Positions 52,481 through 62,224 of a stretch of 64,000 nucleotides of DNA are shown here, piece by piece. A program made the translations under genes and the position numbers. Numbering within the stretch: the stretch's first letter is position 1; each line of letters starts with the position of its first letter. The stretch is taken from positions 3,744,001 to 3,808,000 of the forward strand of contig CBDCJV010000002.1 in assembly GCA_965217895.1 (NCBI GenBank), read 5' to 3'. This DNA comes from Waterburya sp. (lineage in GTDB: Bacteria; Cyanobacteriota; Cyanobacteriia; Cyanobacteriales; Xenococcaceae). Under the pieces are notes generated by a model. It was not told where the DNA came from. It made no database searches and saw nothing but the letters and a program-made list of their open reading frames with translations.

Positions 52481-52574
52481 ATAGTAGCAATAATTTGACC
52501 AGAGCTAAGTAAAAGTCAGTGATTTTTACAAGTAGCATTTTCTGCTACTCTATACTGGTTTTTGTGACACAACC

Positions 52575-53321
52575 CTAAAGCCTATAGCTTATAGCTGGCA
52601 ATCGAGACAACAAAGAAAAGATGCCAAAACCCAATAACAAAGCACCACTGACGGGATTAATCCAGCTTGACCAACGGCGCAACTCTAGAATCTTTTTAAT
52701 AGAAGCTGTAAAAGTCCCGGCGATAACTAAAGGCGTGACGTAACCAATGGCGTAGGCAATTAATAAAACTCCACCTAAAACTAAATCTTGAGTTGTTGCT
52801 ACCCAAGTTAGCAAAGTTGCTAATACAGGAGTGCTGCAAGGAGAGGCTATCAAGCCAAAGGTTAAACCTAACAAATAAGAACGCAGTCCACGAGGTAAAT
52901 CATCGCGAATCCATTCTGTTGCCCCCAGAGACGGAAAGCGTAATGGTAATATTTCTAATAAGTTTAGTCCCATAGCGATCGCAACTAAGCTAACAACAAT
53001 GGGTAAACCAACTCCAATTTGTCCATAAACCTTGCCAATAGATGTGGCAACAATACCTAAGATAGCTAAGGTAGTCGCTAAACCCAACGCAAACCAGCTA
53101 GACTGGACTGCTGCCTGAAGTCTTCCTTCAGACTCATAACCGCCAATGTAGCCGACAGTAATGGGCAACATAGATAGCATACAAGGAGTCAAGCTGGTGA
53201 CAAGACCTGCCAAGAATATCACCCCGATACTAACTACACTGAGATGAGTCAACTGAGTCGAAACTAAGCGATCGGCAAATCTCTCCAGTAAAAACAACTG
53301 CGTTTGTAAAAATTCCAGCAT
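52575..53321 (-). CDS. ccdA: Cytochrome c biogenesis thiol-disulfide transporter CcdA
   Basis: SLTPCMLSMLP and ASPCSTPVL paired Cys motifs. Confidence 0.95.
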   Translation of the reverse strand: MLEFLQTQLFLLERFADRLVSTQLTHLSVVSIGVIFLAGLVTSLTPCMLSMLPITVGYIGGYESEGRLQAAVQSSWFALGLATTLAILGIVATSIGKVYGQIGVGLPIVVSLVAIAMGLNLLEILPLRFPSLGATEWIRDDLPRGLRSYLLGLTFGLIASPCSTPVLATLLTWVATTQDLVLGGVLLIAYAIGYVTPLVIAGTFTASIKKILELRRWSSWINPVSGALLLGFGIFSLLSRLPAISYRL

Positions 53322-53474
53322 TAAAAAATTTTATTTATGACTTAAATCTTTAAGTTCGTCTCAGCAATTCTATCAAAATACAGAATTTTCTAGGTATTGA
53401 AACAAATAAAGACAATAATATTGGCGAAAGTGTTATGACAATGAAAGAATTAGATCAAGGAATAACAAGTCAAT

Positions 53475-54566
53475 ATGTTCAATAAAGACACATTTTTCTT
53501 AGTTTTATTAGTGTTTATCCCTGTTTCGATTGCTGCACATTTTTTAGAATGGGGAGAAACCGTCGTATTTATCACGGCAGGCTTGGGCATTGTGCCTTTA
53601 GCTTCCTTTATGGGTACAGCCACCGAAGAAATCGCTGTAGTCACAGGGCCTAGTATTGGTGGACTGCTTAATGCTACCTTTGGCAACGCCACAGAATTAA
53701 TTCTGGCTTTTATTGCCCTAAAAGCTGGCTTAATTGGCGTAGTTAAAGCTACTATTACTGGTTCAATTGTCAGTAATCTGCTGTTGGTTATGGGATTTTC
53801 GATGTTGCTGGGGGGTTTGAAATTTAAAGAGCAAAAATTTCAGCCTACCGTAGCCCGTCTTAATGCTTCGACGATGAACCTTGCTGTGATCGCGCTGCTT
53901 TTGCCTACAGCGGTACAGTATACATCTGCGGGTATTGAAGAACAAACATTACAAAATCTCTCCGTAGCTGTGGCAGGAATATTAATTTTGGTCTACGGGT
54001 TGACTCTGCTTTTTTCGATGAAAACTCACGCCTATCTTTGTGATGTAGGGGATGTGGATTTAGAAGAGGGAGGGGAAGGTGAACCTGAAGTCAACTTACC
54101 TTTTTGGATCTTTATTTTATTAGCTGTGACTTTAGCCGTAGCAGTAGAATCAGAACTACTGGTAGATTCTTTGGAAGTGGCAACTACTCAACTAGGTTTA
54201 AGTGCTTTGTTTACTGGGGTTATCCTGCTACCAATTATTGGTAACGCAGCAGAACACGCTACGGCGGTAACTGTGGCATTAAAAGATAAGATGGATCTTT
54301 CGGTATCTGTGGCAATGGGTTCAAGTATGCAGATTGCTTTATTTGTTGCCCCAGTGCTAGTAATTGCTGGCTGGATTATTGGTCAACCAATGGATCTTAA
54401 CTTTAATCCTTTTGAACTTGTGGCAGTTAGCGTTGCCGTCTTGATTGCCAACTCGATTAGTTCTGATGGCGAATCTAATTGGTTAGAGGGTAGTTTGTTG
54501 GTAGCTACTTATGCCGTAGTTGCGATCGCCTTTTTCTTCCATCCTGTAGTCGAAGGTATGATCTAA
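53475..54566 (+). CDS. cax: Ca2+/H+ antiporter (CAX/ChaA)
   Basis: Alpha-repeats GLLNATFGNATE and IIGNAAEH, GSSMQIA. Confidence 0.93.
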   Translation: MFNKDTFFLVLLVFIPVSIAAHFLEWGETVVFITAGLGIVPLASFMGTATEEIAVVTGPSIGGLLNATFGNATELILAFIALKAGLIGVVKATITGSIVSNLLLVMGFSMLLGGLKFKEQKFQPTVARLNASTMNLAVIALLLPTAVQYTSAGIEEQTLQNLSVAVAGILILVYGLTLLFSMKTHAYLCDVGDVDLEEGGEGEPEVNLPFWIFILLAVTLAVAVESELLVDSLEVATTQLGLSALFTGVILLPIIGNAAEHATAVTVALKDKMDLSVSVAMGSSMQIALFVAPVLVIAGWIIGQPMDLNFNPFELVAVSVAVLIANSISSDGESNWLEGSLLVATYAVVAIAFFFHPVVEGMI

Positions 54567-54609
54567 ATAGTCATACTTTATTAAATTAAAGTGATGTCTT
54601 ATTAAAATA

Positions 54610-54637
54610 AAATCCCCCTAAATTAATTGGGGGATTT
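54610..54637. terminator. Hairpin between convergent genes
   Basis: AAATCCCCC...GGGGGATTT. Confidence 0.6.
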
Positions 54638-54655
54638 AGTGAGCAATTGCCAGAA

Positions 54656-55834
54656 TCAGAGTCTATCTTTGTAGTTTAGTTCTGCAAATGTAATTCTAAC
54701 TTCAGTTCCATTATCGTTGGTCATTTCTATCTTTCCCTCTAGCTGTTCTACCAGGGTAGAAACAAGTTCCAAGCCTAATGATTCGCTATGATAAAAGTTT
54801 TTATGCTCAGGAAATCCGATGCCGTCATCCTTAATTATCAAAGTGAATTGATCGTCATTTTGCGTAAACTCCAGGCTAATATTGCCTTGGTTTCGTCCTT
54901 TAAAAGCGTGTTCAACCGCATTAGAAATTAATTCATTAATAATCAATCCGCAAGCATTAGCAGTTTCTATATTTAAATAAACCTGCTGAATATTAGTACT
55001 AACCTGAATAGTATTAGTTAAATAAGAATCAATTAAATAGTCAGTTAGTGTAATCAGGTATTGCTGAAAGTCAATCTGACATAAACTAGTACTAGAGTGA
55101 AGTTGTTCGTGAATCAAAGCCATTGAGGTAATACGGTTTTGACTATCGCTCAACATTTTAAGGATTTGAGGATTATCAATGTATTCCGCCTGAGAGTCTA
55201 AAAGACTAGAAACAATAAAAAGATTATTCTTAACTCGATGATGAATTTCCTTCAGCAGCAACTCTTTTTCCTTGAGAGATTGTTTGAGTTTCTTTTCTGC
55301 TGTTTTACGATTTTCTATCTCAGCGATAAGGGATTGATTGACATCAGCAAGCCGTTCATTTGTATCTAGTAAAGAAAGTTCTACTTCATATTTTTCCTCA
55401 ATTTCACGTTGTAATAAATCATTTTGCTTTTCTAAGGTTTGACGTAAATTAAGTAACTCTAGCTGATATTCAACCCTAGCCATTAACTCGGCTTTTTGAA
55501 AAGGTTTAGTTATATAATCACTTGCGCCTAATTTAAAAGCTTTAACCTTTCTTTCAGTTTCTGCTAAAGCAGTCATAAAAATAATTGGAATATCACAAGT
55601 AATAGGATCTTCTTTGAGCAAGCGACAAGTCTCAAACCCATCAAGCTTAGGCATCATCCCATCTAATAAAATTAGTTCTGGGGGGTTCAATTTAACTTGA
55701 TTAATAGCATCAATACCATCTAATGCCGTAGAAATTTTTACATTAGCTTTGGCAAAAATTTTACAGACAAGATCTAAATTACAAGTATTATCATCAACAA
55801 CTAAAATGTGGGGCAAAGTTTGCGTTATGGACAT
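54656..55834 (-). CDS. Hybrid receiver + HisKA_2 (HWE-like) histidine kinase
   Basis: ILVVDD..LLDGMMP receiver, coiled coil, [29 protein letters not shown]; start set at ATG 55834. Confidence 0.9.
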   Translation of the reverse strand: MSITQTLPHILVVDDNTCNLDLVCKIFAKANVKISTALDGIDAINQVKLNPPELILLDGMMPKLDGFETCRLLKEDPITCDIPIIFMTALAETERKVKAFKLGASDYITKPFQKAELMARVEYQLELLNLRQTLEKQNDLLQREIEEKYEVELSLLDTNERLADVNQSLIAEIENRKTAEKKLKQSLKEKELLLKEIHHRVKNNLFIVSSLLDSQAEYIDNPQILKMLSDSQNRITSMALIHEQLHSSTSLCQIDFQQYLITLTDYLIDSYLTNTIQVSTNIQQVYLNIETANACGLIINELISNAVEHAFKGRNQGNISLEFTQNDDQFTLIIKDDGIGFPEHKNFYHSESLGLELVSTLVEQLEGKIEMTNDNGTEVRITFAELNYKDRL

Positions 55835-55986
55835 ATAGTAGTACGTCAATTGTTTAGGACACGAAGGTTACTGGCTCAAAAGTAGCAAGTAGCAAGTAGC
55901 AATTTTAAGAATGTTCTAAACATCTCAGGCAATGCTATGACTTTAATTATTTGAACTCTGATAACTAGACTTTGCGTAAGACAAGA

Positions 55987-56082
55987 CTAGTAGACGCGGG
56001 CATAAATGGACTAACCATTTAAAATTAGTAGCGATATCTTGCTTACTACCTACTACTTACTACTCAAGCAAAGCGATACTAA
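55987..56082 (+). mobile_element. CTAG-bounded miniature element, copy B (overlaps the 3' end of the EAL gene)
   Basis: CTAGTAGACGCGGGCATAAAT...TACTACC/TACTACT heptamers...GCGATACTAA. Confidence 0.6.
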
Positions 56083-57892
56083 TGTTGTTCATCACCAATT
56101 TTTGAAATTCTTTGGCTGCTAAGGGACGACTATACAAAAAGCCTTGAATTTCATCACATTGACACTGCTGAAGATAGTTTAATTCTGCCTTTGTTTCTAC
56201 ACCTTCGGCTACTACTTTTAAACCTAATTGATGTGCCATTTCAATAGTATTTTTAGTAATTACAGCATTGATTTTATTACTATCAATATTGCGAATAAAA
56301 CAAGAATCAATCTTTAAAATATCAAAGGGAAACTGCTGTAGATAGCCTAAAGATGAATATCCAGTGCCAAAATCATCTAATGCTATTTGGATTCCTAACT
56401 TCTTGAGCAAATTTAATCTTTGAATATTTGTTTTAATATTTTCCACTAAAATCGTTTCCGTTACCTCTAGCTCTAAGTAGTGAGGATTTAAAGATGTTTT
56501 AAACAAAATTTGAGTTACTTGATGAAATAAATCTGATTGTCTAAATTGAAATCCTGATAAATTGACGGCAATTCTGAGAAAATCAAATCCAGCATTGTGC
56601 CATTCATTCATTTGTTTACAAGCGCAGTGCATAATCCACTCACTGATTGGTCTAATCAAACCGTTTTCTTCAGCTAAAGGGATAAATTTGTCGGCTGTAA
56701 TTCTTCCCATAACAGGATGATTCCAGCGTACTAAGGCTTCTGTTCCTACAATAGAATTATTTTTCGGATTAATCTTAGGCTGATAATATAGCTCTAGTTC
56801 TTCCCGTTCTAAAGCACGATGTAAATCAGCTTCCATGGTTAAACTTTCCGAGGCTCTTGCATTTTTAACGTTAAAAGCAAAAGTGAATAACTGACAGCGA
56901 TTTCTTCCCTGGCTTGTCGCATAATCTCTAGCTTTTTGACTCTGCTCTAATAACTCTTCAATATCTGTACTATCGAGGGGAGAAAAAGCGATGCCAATAT
57001 TAGTGGGGAGAAATATTTCTTGGTTATCAACCTCAAAAGCTTGCCGTAGTTGATTAATAATTTCTTGCCCGTAGTTTTGTGCCGTTTGTTTTTGATCCAA
57101 AGCAATCATTACCACATAGTTATCTGGCTCTAGATACACTATTGCTCCATTGTATTCAAAACTGCCGACACAATTGCTCAGACGCTGTGCTATTTCTTTA
57201 ACTAAAGTATCTTGTTGTTCTTTAGTTAGCACACTGCTTACTTTTTGTAGTCTATCAAGGCTAATGTTAAATAGAGCTAATAATTCTGATTTTGGCTGTT
57301 GTCTGTCCTGATTTTCTGCTATTTTTAAATTATCATGGTTATCGCTTTGATTTGTTAGCTTGACAGACGAGCCTAATGTGGATGATAAATAATCAAATAA
57401 ATCTCTTAAAAATAGCTTGTTCGGCAAATTAGTTAGACTATCTTTATAAATATCATCGTAATGTGATGAATAATCATTTACGGTAGATTGCAGAGCTTTT
57501 TGAATTGCAGATTGCTCCTGATATTTACTCAAAGCCATTTTAACTGTAGCCTGCAATTCCCTGTCTCTAAAAGGTTTAATTAGATAACCATAGCAGCCTG
57601 TCTTGGAAGCTCTTTCTAAGGTTTCATCACTGGCATAGGCTGTTAGAAATATCAAGGGAATATCAGCTATTTCTTTAATTTTTTCTGCTGTTTCGATACC
57701 ATCAACTTCTCCTTTAATGGCAATGTCCATTAAGATTAAATCTGGGCGATCGCTGATGATATAATCAATAGCTGCTTGCCCAGAAGAAACAATTTTAGAG
57801 ACTTGATAACTTGAAGCTTCTAGTTTCTTAGCAGTATTTTTGGCAATTATTAATTCGTCTTCTACTATTAAAATATTAATTTTGTTCATCAT
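56060..57892 (-). CDS. REC - degenerate GGDEF - EAL protein (likely c-di-GMP phosphodiesterase)
   Basis: Receiver ILIVED..LMDI; DSLTNLPN with the GGDEF site replaced by EPDNY; intact EALVRW, DDFGTGYSSL, AEGVET. Confidence 0.9.
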   Translation of the reverse strand: MMNKINILIVEDELIIAKNTAKKLEASSYQVSKIVSSGQAAIDYIISDRPDLILMDIAIKGEVDGIETAEKIKEIADIPLIFLTAYASDETLERASKTGCYGYLIKPFRDRELQATVKMALSKYQEQSAIQKALQSTVNDYSSHYDDIYKDSLTNLPNKLFLRDLFDYLSSTLGSSVKLTNQSDNHDNLKIAENQDRQQPKSELLALFNISLDRLQKVSSVLTKEQQDTLVKEIAQRLSNCVGSFEYNGAIVYLEPDNYVVMIALDQKQTAQNYGQEIINQLRQAFEVDNQEIFLPTNIGIAFSPLDSTDIEELLEQSQKARDYATSQGRNRCQLFTFAFNVKNARASESLTMEADLHRALEREELELYYQPKINPKNNSIVGTEALVRWNHPVMGRITADKFIPLAEENGLIRPISEWIMHCACKQMNEWHNAGFDFLRIAVNLSGFQFRQSDLFHQVTQILFKTSLNPHYLELEVTETILVENIKTNIQRLNLLKKLGIQIALDDFGTGYSSLGYLQQFPFDILKIDSCFIRNIDSNKINAVITKNTIEMAHQLGLKVVAEGVETKAELNYLQQCQCDEIQGFLYSRPLAAKEFQKLVMNNISIALLE

Positions 57893-58246
57893 ATCTCAGA
57901 TTTGAATATTTTAGCTGGCTTGAACCAAAATATTTGATACTTCATTTCAGAAAAGATAGTGTATTCAACTGAACCCAAAGTAACAATTGAAACCGATGTT
58001 GTAAATACATAAATCTTCTGTCGTATAATTACGGAGCAAAAGCAATAAAAGGCTGTGCCGTAGTTATCAGTCTTAATTGAACTAAAAACTTTTTGATAAA
58101 GATTTCTGTCAAAAATTAAACATTATCTAAATTCTGTTAATTAATATGGCAAATGTAATTTAGATTACATTAATTATAGATTAAAGCAGCGAATGACTCA
58201 TGGCATAATGCACACTTAAAAATTACCAGCAAGTTTCTTTTAAAAA

Positions 58247-58720
58247 TCAGCGTTTATGAACACGGGACTTTTGAAGAACAAACCGAAGTAAGTACAAAAA
58301 AACAGCGATATTAACCATCAACACCGCCAACTTTAGCAAGGTAATTCCTTTGGTCAGTTCGTAAATTTCCAAGGGAATACTAAAACCTATTAGTATTAAA
58401 ACCAAAAATTCAGCCCAAACTTTTTGATACCAAAGTCCAACAATTTCTACTGCCGTAACTAAAGCATAAACTCCCGCTAAGATTGCACTATTCCGAATCG
58501 TGTTTGGCTGTTGAGCAAAGAATTTATTGATAATTGCTTCGACAAATTCTTCAATCAGAGATAATTTACTCTCTAAAATATAACTTTCTGAAAATGCAAT
58601 TAAGCGAGAATGATTGTTTAAAGCTAACAGCAATACAACAGCAGTAAGAATTAGCAGCAAGAAAAGGACAGCTTTATAGGCAACAATAATTTTTAAGCCG
58701 ATAGGACGCTTGCGCTTCAT
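58247..58720 (-). CDS. DUF2127 membrane protein
   Basis: GLKIIVAYK, E.VGLW..K.WAE, IPLEIYEL, NIAVFLYL; start set at ATG 58720. Confidence 0.82.
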   Translation of the reverse strand: MKRKRPIGLKIIVAYKAVLFLLLILTAVVLLLALNNHSRLIAFSESYILESKLSLIEEFVEAIINKFFAQQPNTIRNSAILAGVYALVTAVEIVGLWYQKVWAEFLVLILIGFSIPLEIYELTKGITLLKLAVLMVNIAVFLYLLRFVLQKSRVHKR

Positions 58721-58764
58721 AGGAAGTAAAAAAACAAAACAATCATTTGTAAAACTATAAAACA

Positions 58765-58872
58765 CTAGTAGACGTGGGCGTAAATAAATAGAGTAACCAT
58801 TTATTTGACTTGAAATCTCGACAATATCTAACTCCCTACTCCCTACTTCTTGCTTAAGCGAAGTGATACTAG
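58765..58872 (+). mobile_element. CTAG-bounded miniature element, copy C
   Basis: CTAGTAGACGTGGGCGTAAAT...CTCCCTA heptamers...GTGATACTAG. Confidence 0.65.
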
Positions 58873-58940
58873 TAGTAATCTATAGTGATGATATCGACCA
58901 ATTAACTGATTCAAATCGAGCAGCCAAGACAATTGCTATC

Positions 58941-60461
58941 TTAATGGCTGGCTAGGTCTTCTAAAGAATCTGACTTGTCATGTACCCCTAGCTTATCAAC
59001 TAGAGTAGCACTAGCTTCGTTCAGACCTACTACTTCAACTTCTGCACCATTACGGCGGAAATTAATCACTACCTTATCTAGTGCTGCGATCGCCGATTGA
59101 TCCCATAAATGAGCATGAGTTAGATCTATTTTGACGAAATCGACATTTTCTTTGAAGTCAAACGCATTTAAAAATTCGTTGACTGACACAAAAAATATTT
59201 GACCTGCAATATTATAGGTGCGCTTTTCGCCTTGAGAATCAATTAGGCTATCTACAAATACCAGTTGAGCAATTTTGCGGGAAAACAGCAGCGCGTTTAA
59301 TGCCACTCCGCTTAAAACTCCAATAGCCAAATTATGGGAAAAAACTGTCATGACTACAGTTGTGATCATAACTGCGGTTTCACTGCGGGGAATTTTGCGA
59401 ATTTGCCGAAGAGAAGACCAGTTAAACGTCCCAACAGACACCATGATCATAATTGCCACTAAGGCCGCCATAGGAATCTTTTCTACCTGTGTCCCTAAAA
59501 ACAGCATCAATAACAAGAGAAAAACCCCTGTACTTAAGGTAGAAAGACGAGTTCTACCTCCTGACTTGATATTAATTACCGACTGTCCGATCATGGCGCA
59601 GCCAGCCATTCCCCCAAAGAAACCGCTGACAAAGTTAGCAATTCCCTGACCAAATGCCTCTTTGTTTTTATTGCTAGAGGTATCAGTCAGTTCGTCTATC
59701 ACATTTGCGGTCAGGAAAGACTCTAATAAACCAACCAAAGATATAGCGACTGCATAAGGAAAAATAATCTGTAGCGTCTCAAAGGTAAAAGGCACTTGGG
59801 GAATGCCAAAGCTAGGTAACGTAGAGGGGAGTTCGCCGCGATCGCCAACGGTAGGAACACCAGTATTAGTAACTAGCGAAAAAATTGTAACCACAATGAT
59901 TGCTACCAAAGGCGAAGGAATAACCGTAGTTAGTCGGGGTAACAGATAAATAATTGCCAAAGCAGCAGCAACCATAGCATATACCATGAGCCAGTTTGCT
60001 CCAAAATCAGTCAATGCGGCTATGTTCAATTCAGGCAACTGTGCCATGAAAATCAAAATTGCCAAGGCGTTGACAAAGCCAATCATCACGGCGCGAGAAA
60101 CAAACTTTAGCTGTTTTGCCAGTTTTATTGCACTCCAAAATAGCTGGATAATGCCTGCTAAAATTGAAGCTGCAAGTAAATATTGCAATCCATCCCCACC
60201 ACTTTTGGTTACGGATGACACTAAGGGATACATTAATAAAGCGGTGGCAGCGGTGGCAGCAGAAATCATTCCAGGACGACCGCCAAAAATAGCCGTAATA
60301 ATGGCAATAATAAATGAGGCATAAAGTCCTACCTTGGGATCGACTCCTGCAATAATAGAAAAAGAAATAGCTTCAGGAATTAAAGCCAAAGCGACCAGTA
60401 CTCCTGCCAGCAAGTCTTTTCGATAGTTTCCCGTCCACTCTTTCGGTTTGAATAGCTGCAA
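58941..60461 (-). CDS. SulP/SLC26 family anion transporter with STAS domain
   Basis: [25 protein letters not shown]-terminal STAS; TTG start after GGAG. Confidence 0.92.
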   Translation of the reverse strand: MQLFKPKEWTGNYRKDLLAGVLVALALIPEAISFSIIAGVDPKVGLYASFIIAIITAIFGGRPGMISAATAATALLMYPLVSSVTKSGGDGLQYLLAASILAGIIQLFWSAIKLAKQLKFVSRAVMIGFVNALAILIFMAQLPELNIAALTDFGANWLMVYAMVAAALAIIYLLPRLTTVIPSPLVAIIVVTIFSLVTNTGVPTVGDRGELPSTLPSFGIPQVPFTFETLQIIFPYAVAISLVGLLESFLTANVIDELTDTSSNKNKEAFGQGIANFVSGFFGGMAGCAMIGQSVINIKSGGRTRLSTLSTGVFLLLLMLFLGTQVEKIPMAALVAIMIMVSVGTFNWSSLRQIRKIPRSETAVMITTVVMTVFSHNLAIGVLSGVALNALLFSRKIAQLVFVDSLIDSQGEKRTYNIAGQIFFVSVNEFLNAFDFKENVDFVKIDLTHAHLWDQSAIAALDKVVINFRRNGAEVEVVGLNEASATLVDKLGVHDKSDSLEDLASH

Positions 60462-60631
60462 TTATTTTTCTCCTAGCCTAGCGGGCAATTTATGGTAGTT
60501 CAATCAGTAAAAGCATTAAACTATAAACCTGCTTTGGGGACGGTCTTAGTAAACACGATAATACTTAAAATAAAATTAGAGTTCTACGGTAATAGTTTAC
60601 ATTTGTTTACTCGATACTGCACTTTTTTCTT

Positions 60632-60659
60632 GTAGGAGCGAACAGCCGTTCGCCCTTAC
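60632..60659. repeat. REP-like palindrome (GGGCGAAC family)
   Basis: GTAGGAGCGAACAGCCGTTCGCCCTTAC. Confidence 0.7.
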
Positions 60660-60664
60660 TGGTG

Positions 60665-62062
60665 TTATTTAGATTGATACTCAACTAGTTGCCAATAGCG
60701 ATCGTCTCCAGGAAATCTGGCTACTACTGCCGTATTGCCCGATTGAATATCGACATGACCTGAAAAGTAGCTACCGTAACCATTGAGAGGAGTCCATTGT
60801 TTTGTCTGAGCATTAACAACCTGAACATCGATCGCCTGGGGAACTACTAAATTAAAATAGGTTGACCAATTAGGTTTTAATTCCGCCGTCAAAGGTTCAA
60901 CTAAACTAGCCTGATATTGATTGAAATGATCGTATAGCTTAGGTAAGCTTGCAACGGAGTTAAGAGCATTAATTTGATAGTTGATTATTTCGCCATATTT
61001 TCTGGGATCGTCTTTTTTCTTAGCATAGATGGTCAGGTCATAAGTACCTGGCATCGGCGGTGCAACGCTAATAATCAGGTTGTTAGCTTGGCGATTGACT
61101 AAAACTGCACTATCTGTTGATTCTTGAGTTCCTTGTTTAAGGTTCGCTACCGCTACTACATCTAAAGGAGCTTTTAGGTTGATATCTATGCGACCTGAAG
61201 CAGAGATTTGATAGTTGCGATGGGTGACTAGATTTAAACCTAAGCTATAAAAACGAGAAGCAATATCAGGTAGGTTATCAAATTCTGCTCTAGTGTATGC
61301 TTGAGCTAGCAGTTGCCAGCCCCGATCTTGGGGAAAATGATTATTAATAAGTTCATCTGGTGCAGTGGCAAAATAATAGGGTTTATAGTCAGCCTGAAAC
61401 TGCCCATCTCTGACTGAACCTGCACCCCAAGTTGCATCTAATAAATACCAGCCATCTTCCAGCTTGATAGCATTCCAAGCATGATTGACATCTTGGAATT
61501 TTTCAGCCAGGGGGGCTGCTCCTTTGCCGTAGCCGACAACAATCACTGACTTTAGATTCATGGCTTCAGCTAAAGCTTGATAGAGATTACTGTATCCTGA
61601 ACAAATTGTAGTGCGATCGCGCAAGACTTTTTCGGCATCAACATCAGGGTAGTTGTCATTATCTACCGCCTCCCTAAAGGCCGCAACATCGTAGGTAACG
61701 TGCTGTGCTACCCAAGCATAAATGATTCTGGCTTTCTCCGTATCTGTGGTGGCATTTTTGCTTAAAAGATTAGCCAATTCGGGAATTGATGAACCTGAGT
61801 AATTTAGCTCTCTTGCAAGGCGATCAATTTCTGAAAAATTCTGTTGAGCAATTTTCGCCGTTGAGCCTAGCTGAATTGGTTGATATTCCCTACTAGGAAA
61901 ATTATCTGACTGGAGGCTGATTAACTGCTGCTTATTGATAGATTTAAATGCAGTTTGAACGTTACCTAAAGTGATAAACAGAGATATTCCCAAGGCTGCT
62001 GCTACTAGCCATTTACCTTTTTCTTTTTTCTTTTTTTTAGAGAAATATTGTTTAGCAGCCAT
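60665..62062 (-). CDS. Transglutaminase-like (KY/CYK3-type) cysteine protease domain protein, membrane-anchored or exported
   Basis: Triad CSGYS, HAWNA, LDATWGAG; HFP..WQLL; N-terminal basic stretch + TM. Confidence 0.85.
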   Translation of the reverse strand: MAAKQYFSKKKKKEKGKWLVAAALGISLFITLGNVQTAFKSINKQQLISLQSDNFPSREYQPIQLGSTAKIAQQNFSEIDRLARELNYSGSSIPELANLLSKNATTDTEKARIIYAWVAQHVTYDVAAFREAVDNDNYPDVDAEKVLRDRTTICSGYSNLYQALAEAMNLKSVIVVGYGKGAAPLAEKFQDVNHAWNAIKLEDGWYLLDATWGAGSVRDGQFQADYKPYYFATAPDELINNHFPQDRGWQLLAQAYTRAEFDNLPDIASRFYSLGLNLVTHRNYQISASGRIDINLKAPLDVVAVANLKQGTQESTDSAVLVNRQANNLIISVAPPMPGTYDLTIYAKKKDDPRKYGEIINYQINALNSVASLPKLYDHFNQYQASLVEPLTAELKPNWSTYFNLVVPQAIDVQVVNAQTKQWTPLNGYGSYFSGHVDIQSGNTAVVARFPGDDRYWQLVEYQSK

Positions 62063-62224
62063 GAATTTAGGTTCAACTCAGCGAGAAAAGCATTGATTTC
62101 CTCAGAATAAGTTGAACTCTAATCATCTCTATGTGATCGAAATTACTAGCTATCTGTGAGATTTAAATTTAGGTAATAGGTAGTAAGTAATAATAAACAA
62201 GGATAATCAATAAAGTTTTTAGCC

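Noticed and set aside
819..60324. Short antisense or alternate-frame ORFs inside known genes (e.g. 26075-26512, 59275-59649, 21445-21750, 2090-2368)
   Set aside because: Shadow ORFs of well-supported CDSs.
60462..60570. Riboswitch (fluoride, c-di-AMP or guanidine) in the sulP leader
   Set aside because: Conserved cores are not recognisable by eye; an Rfam scan would be needed.
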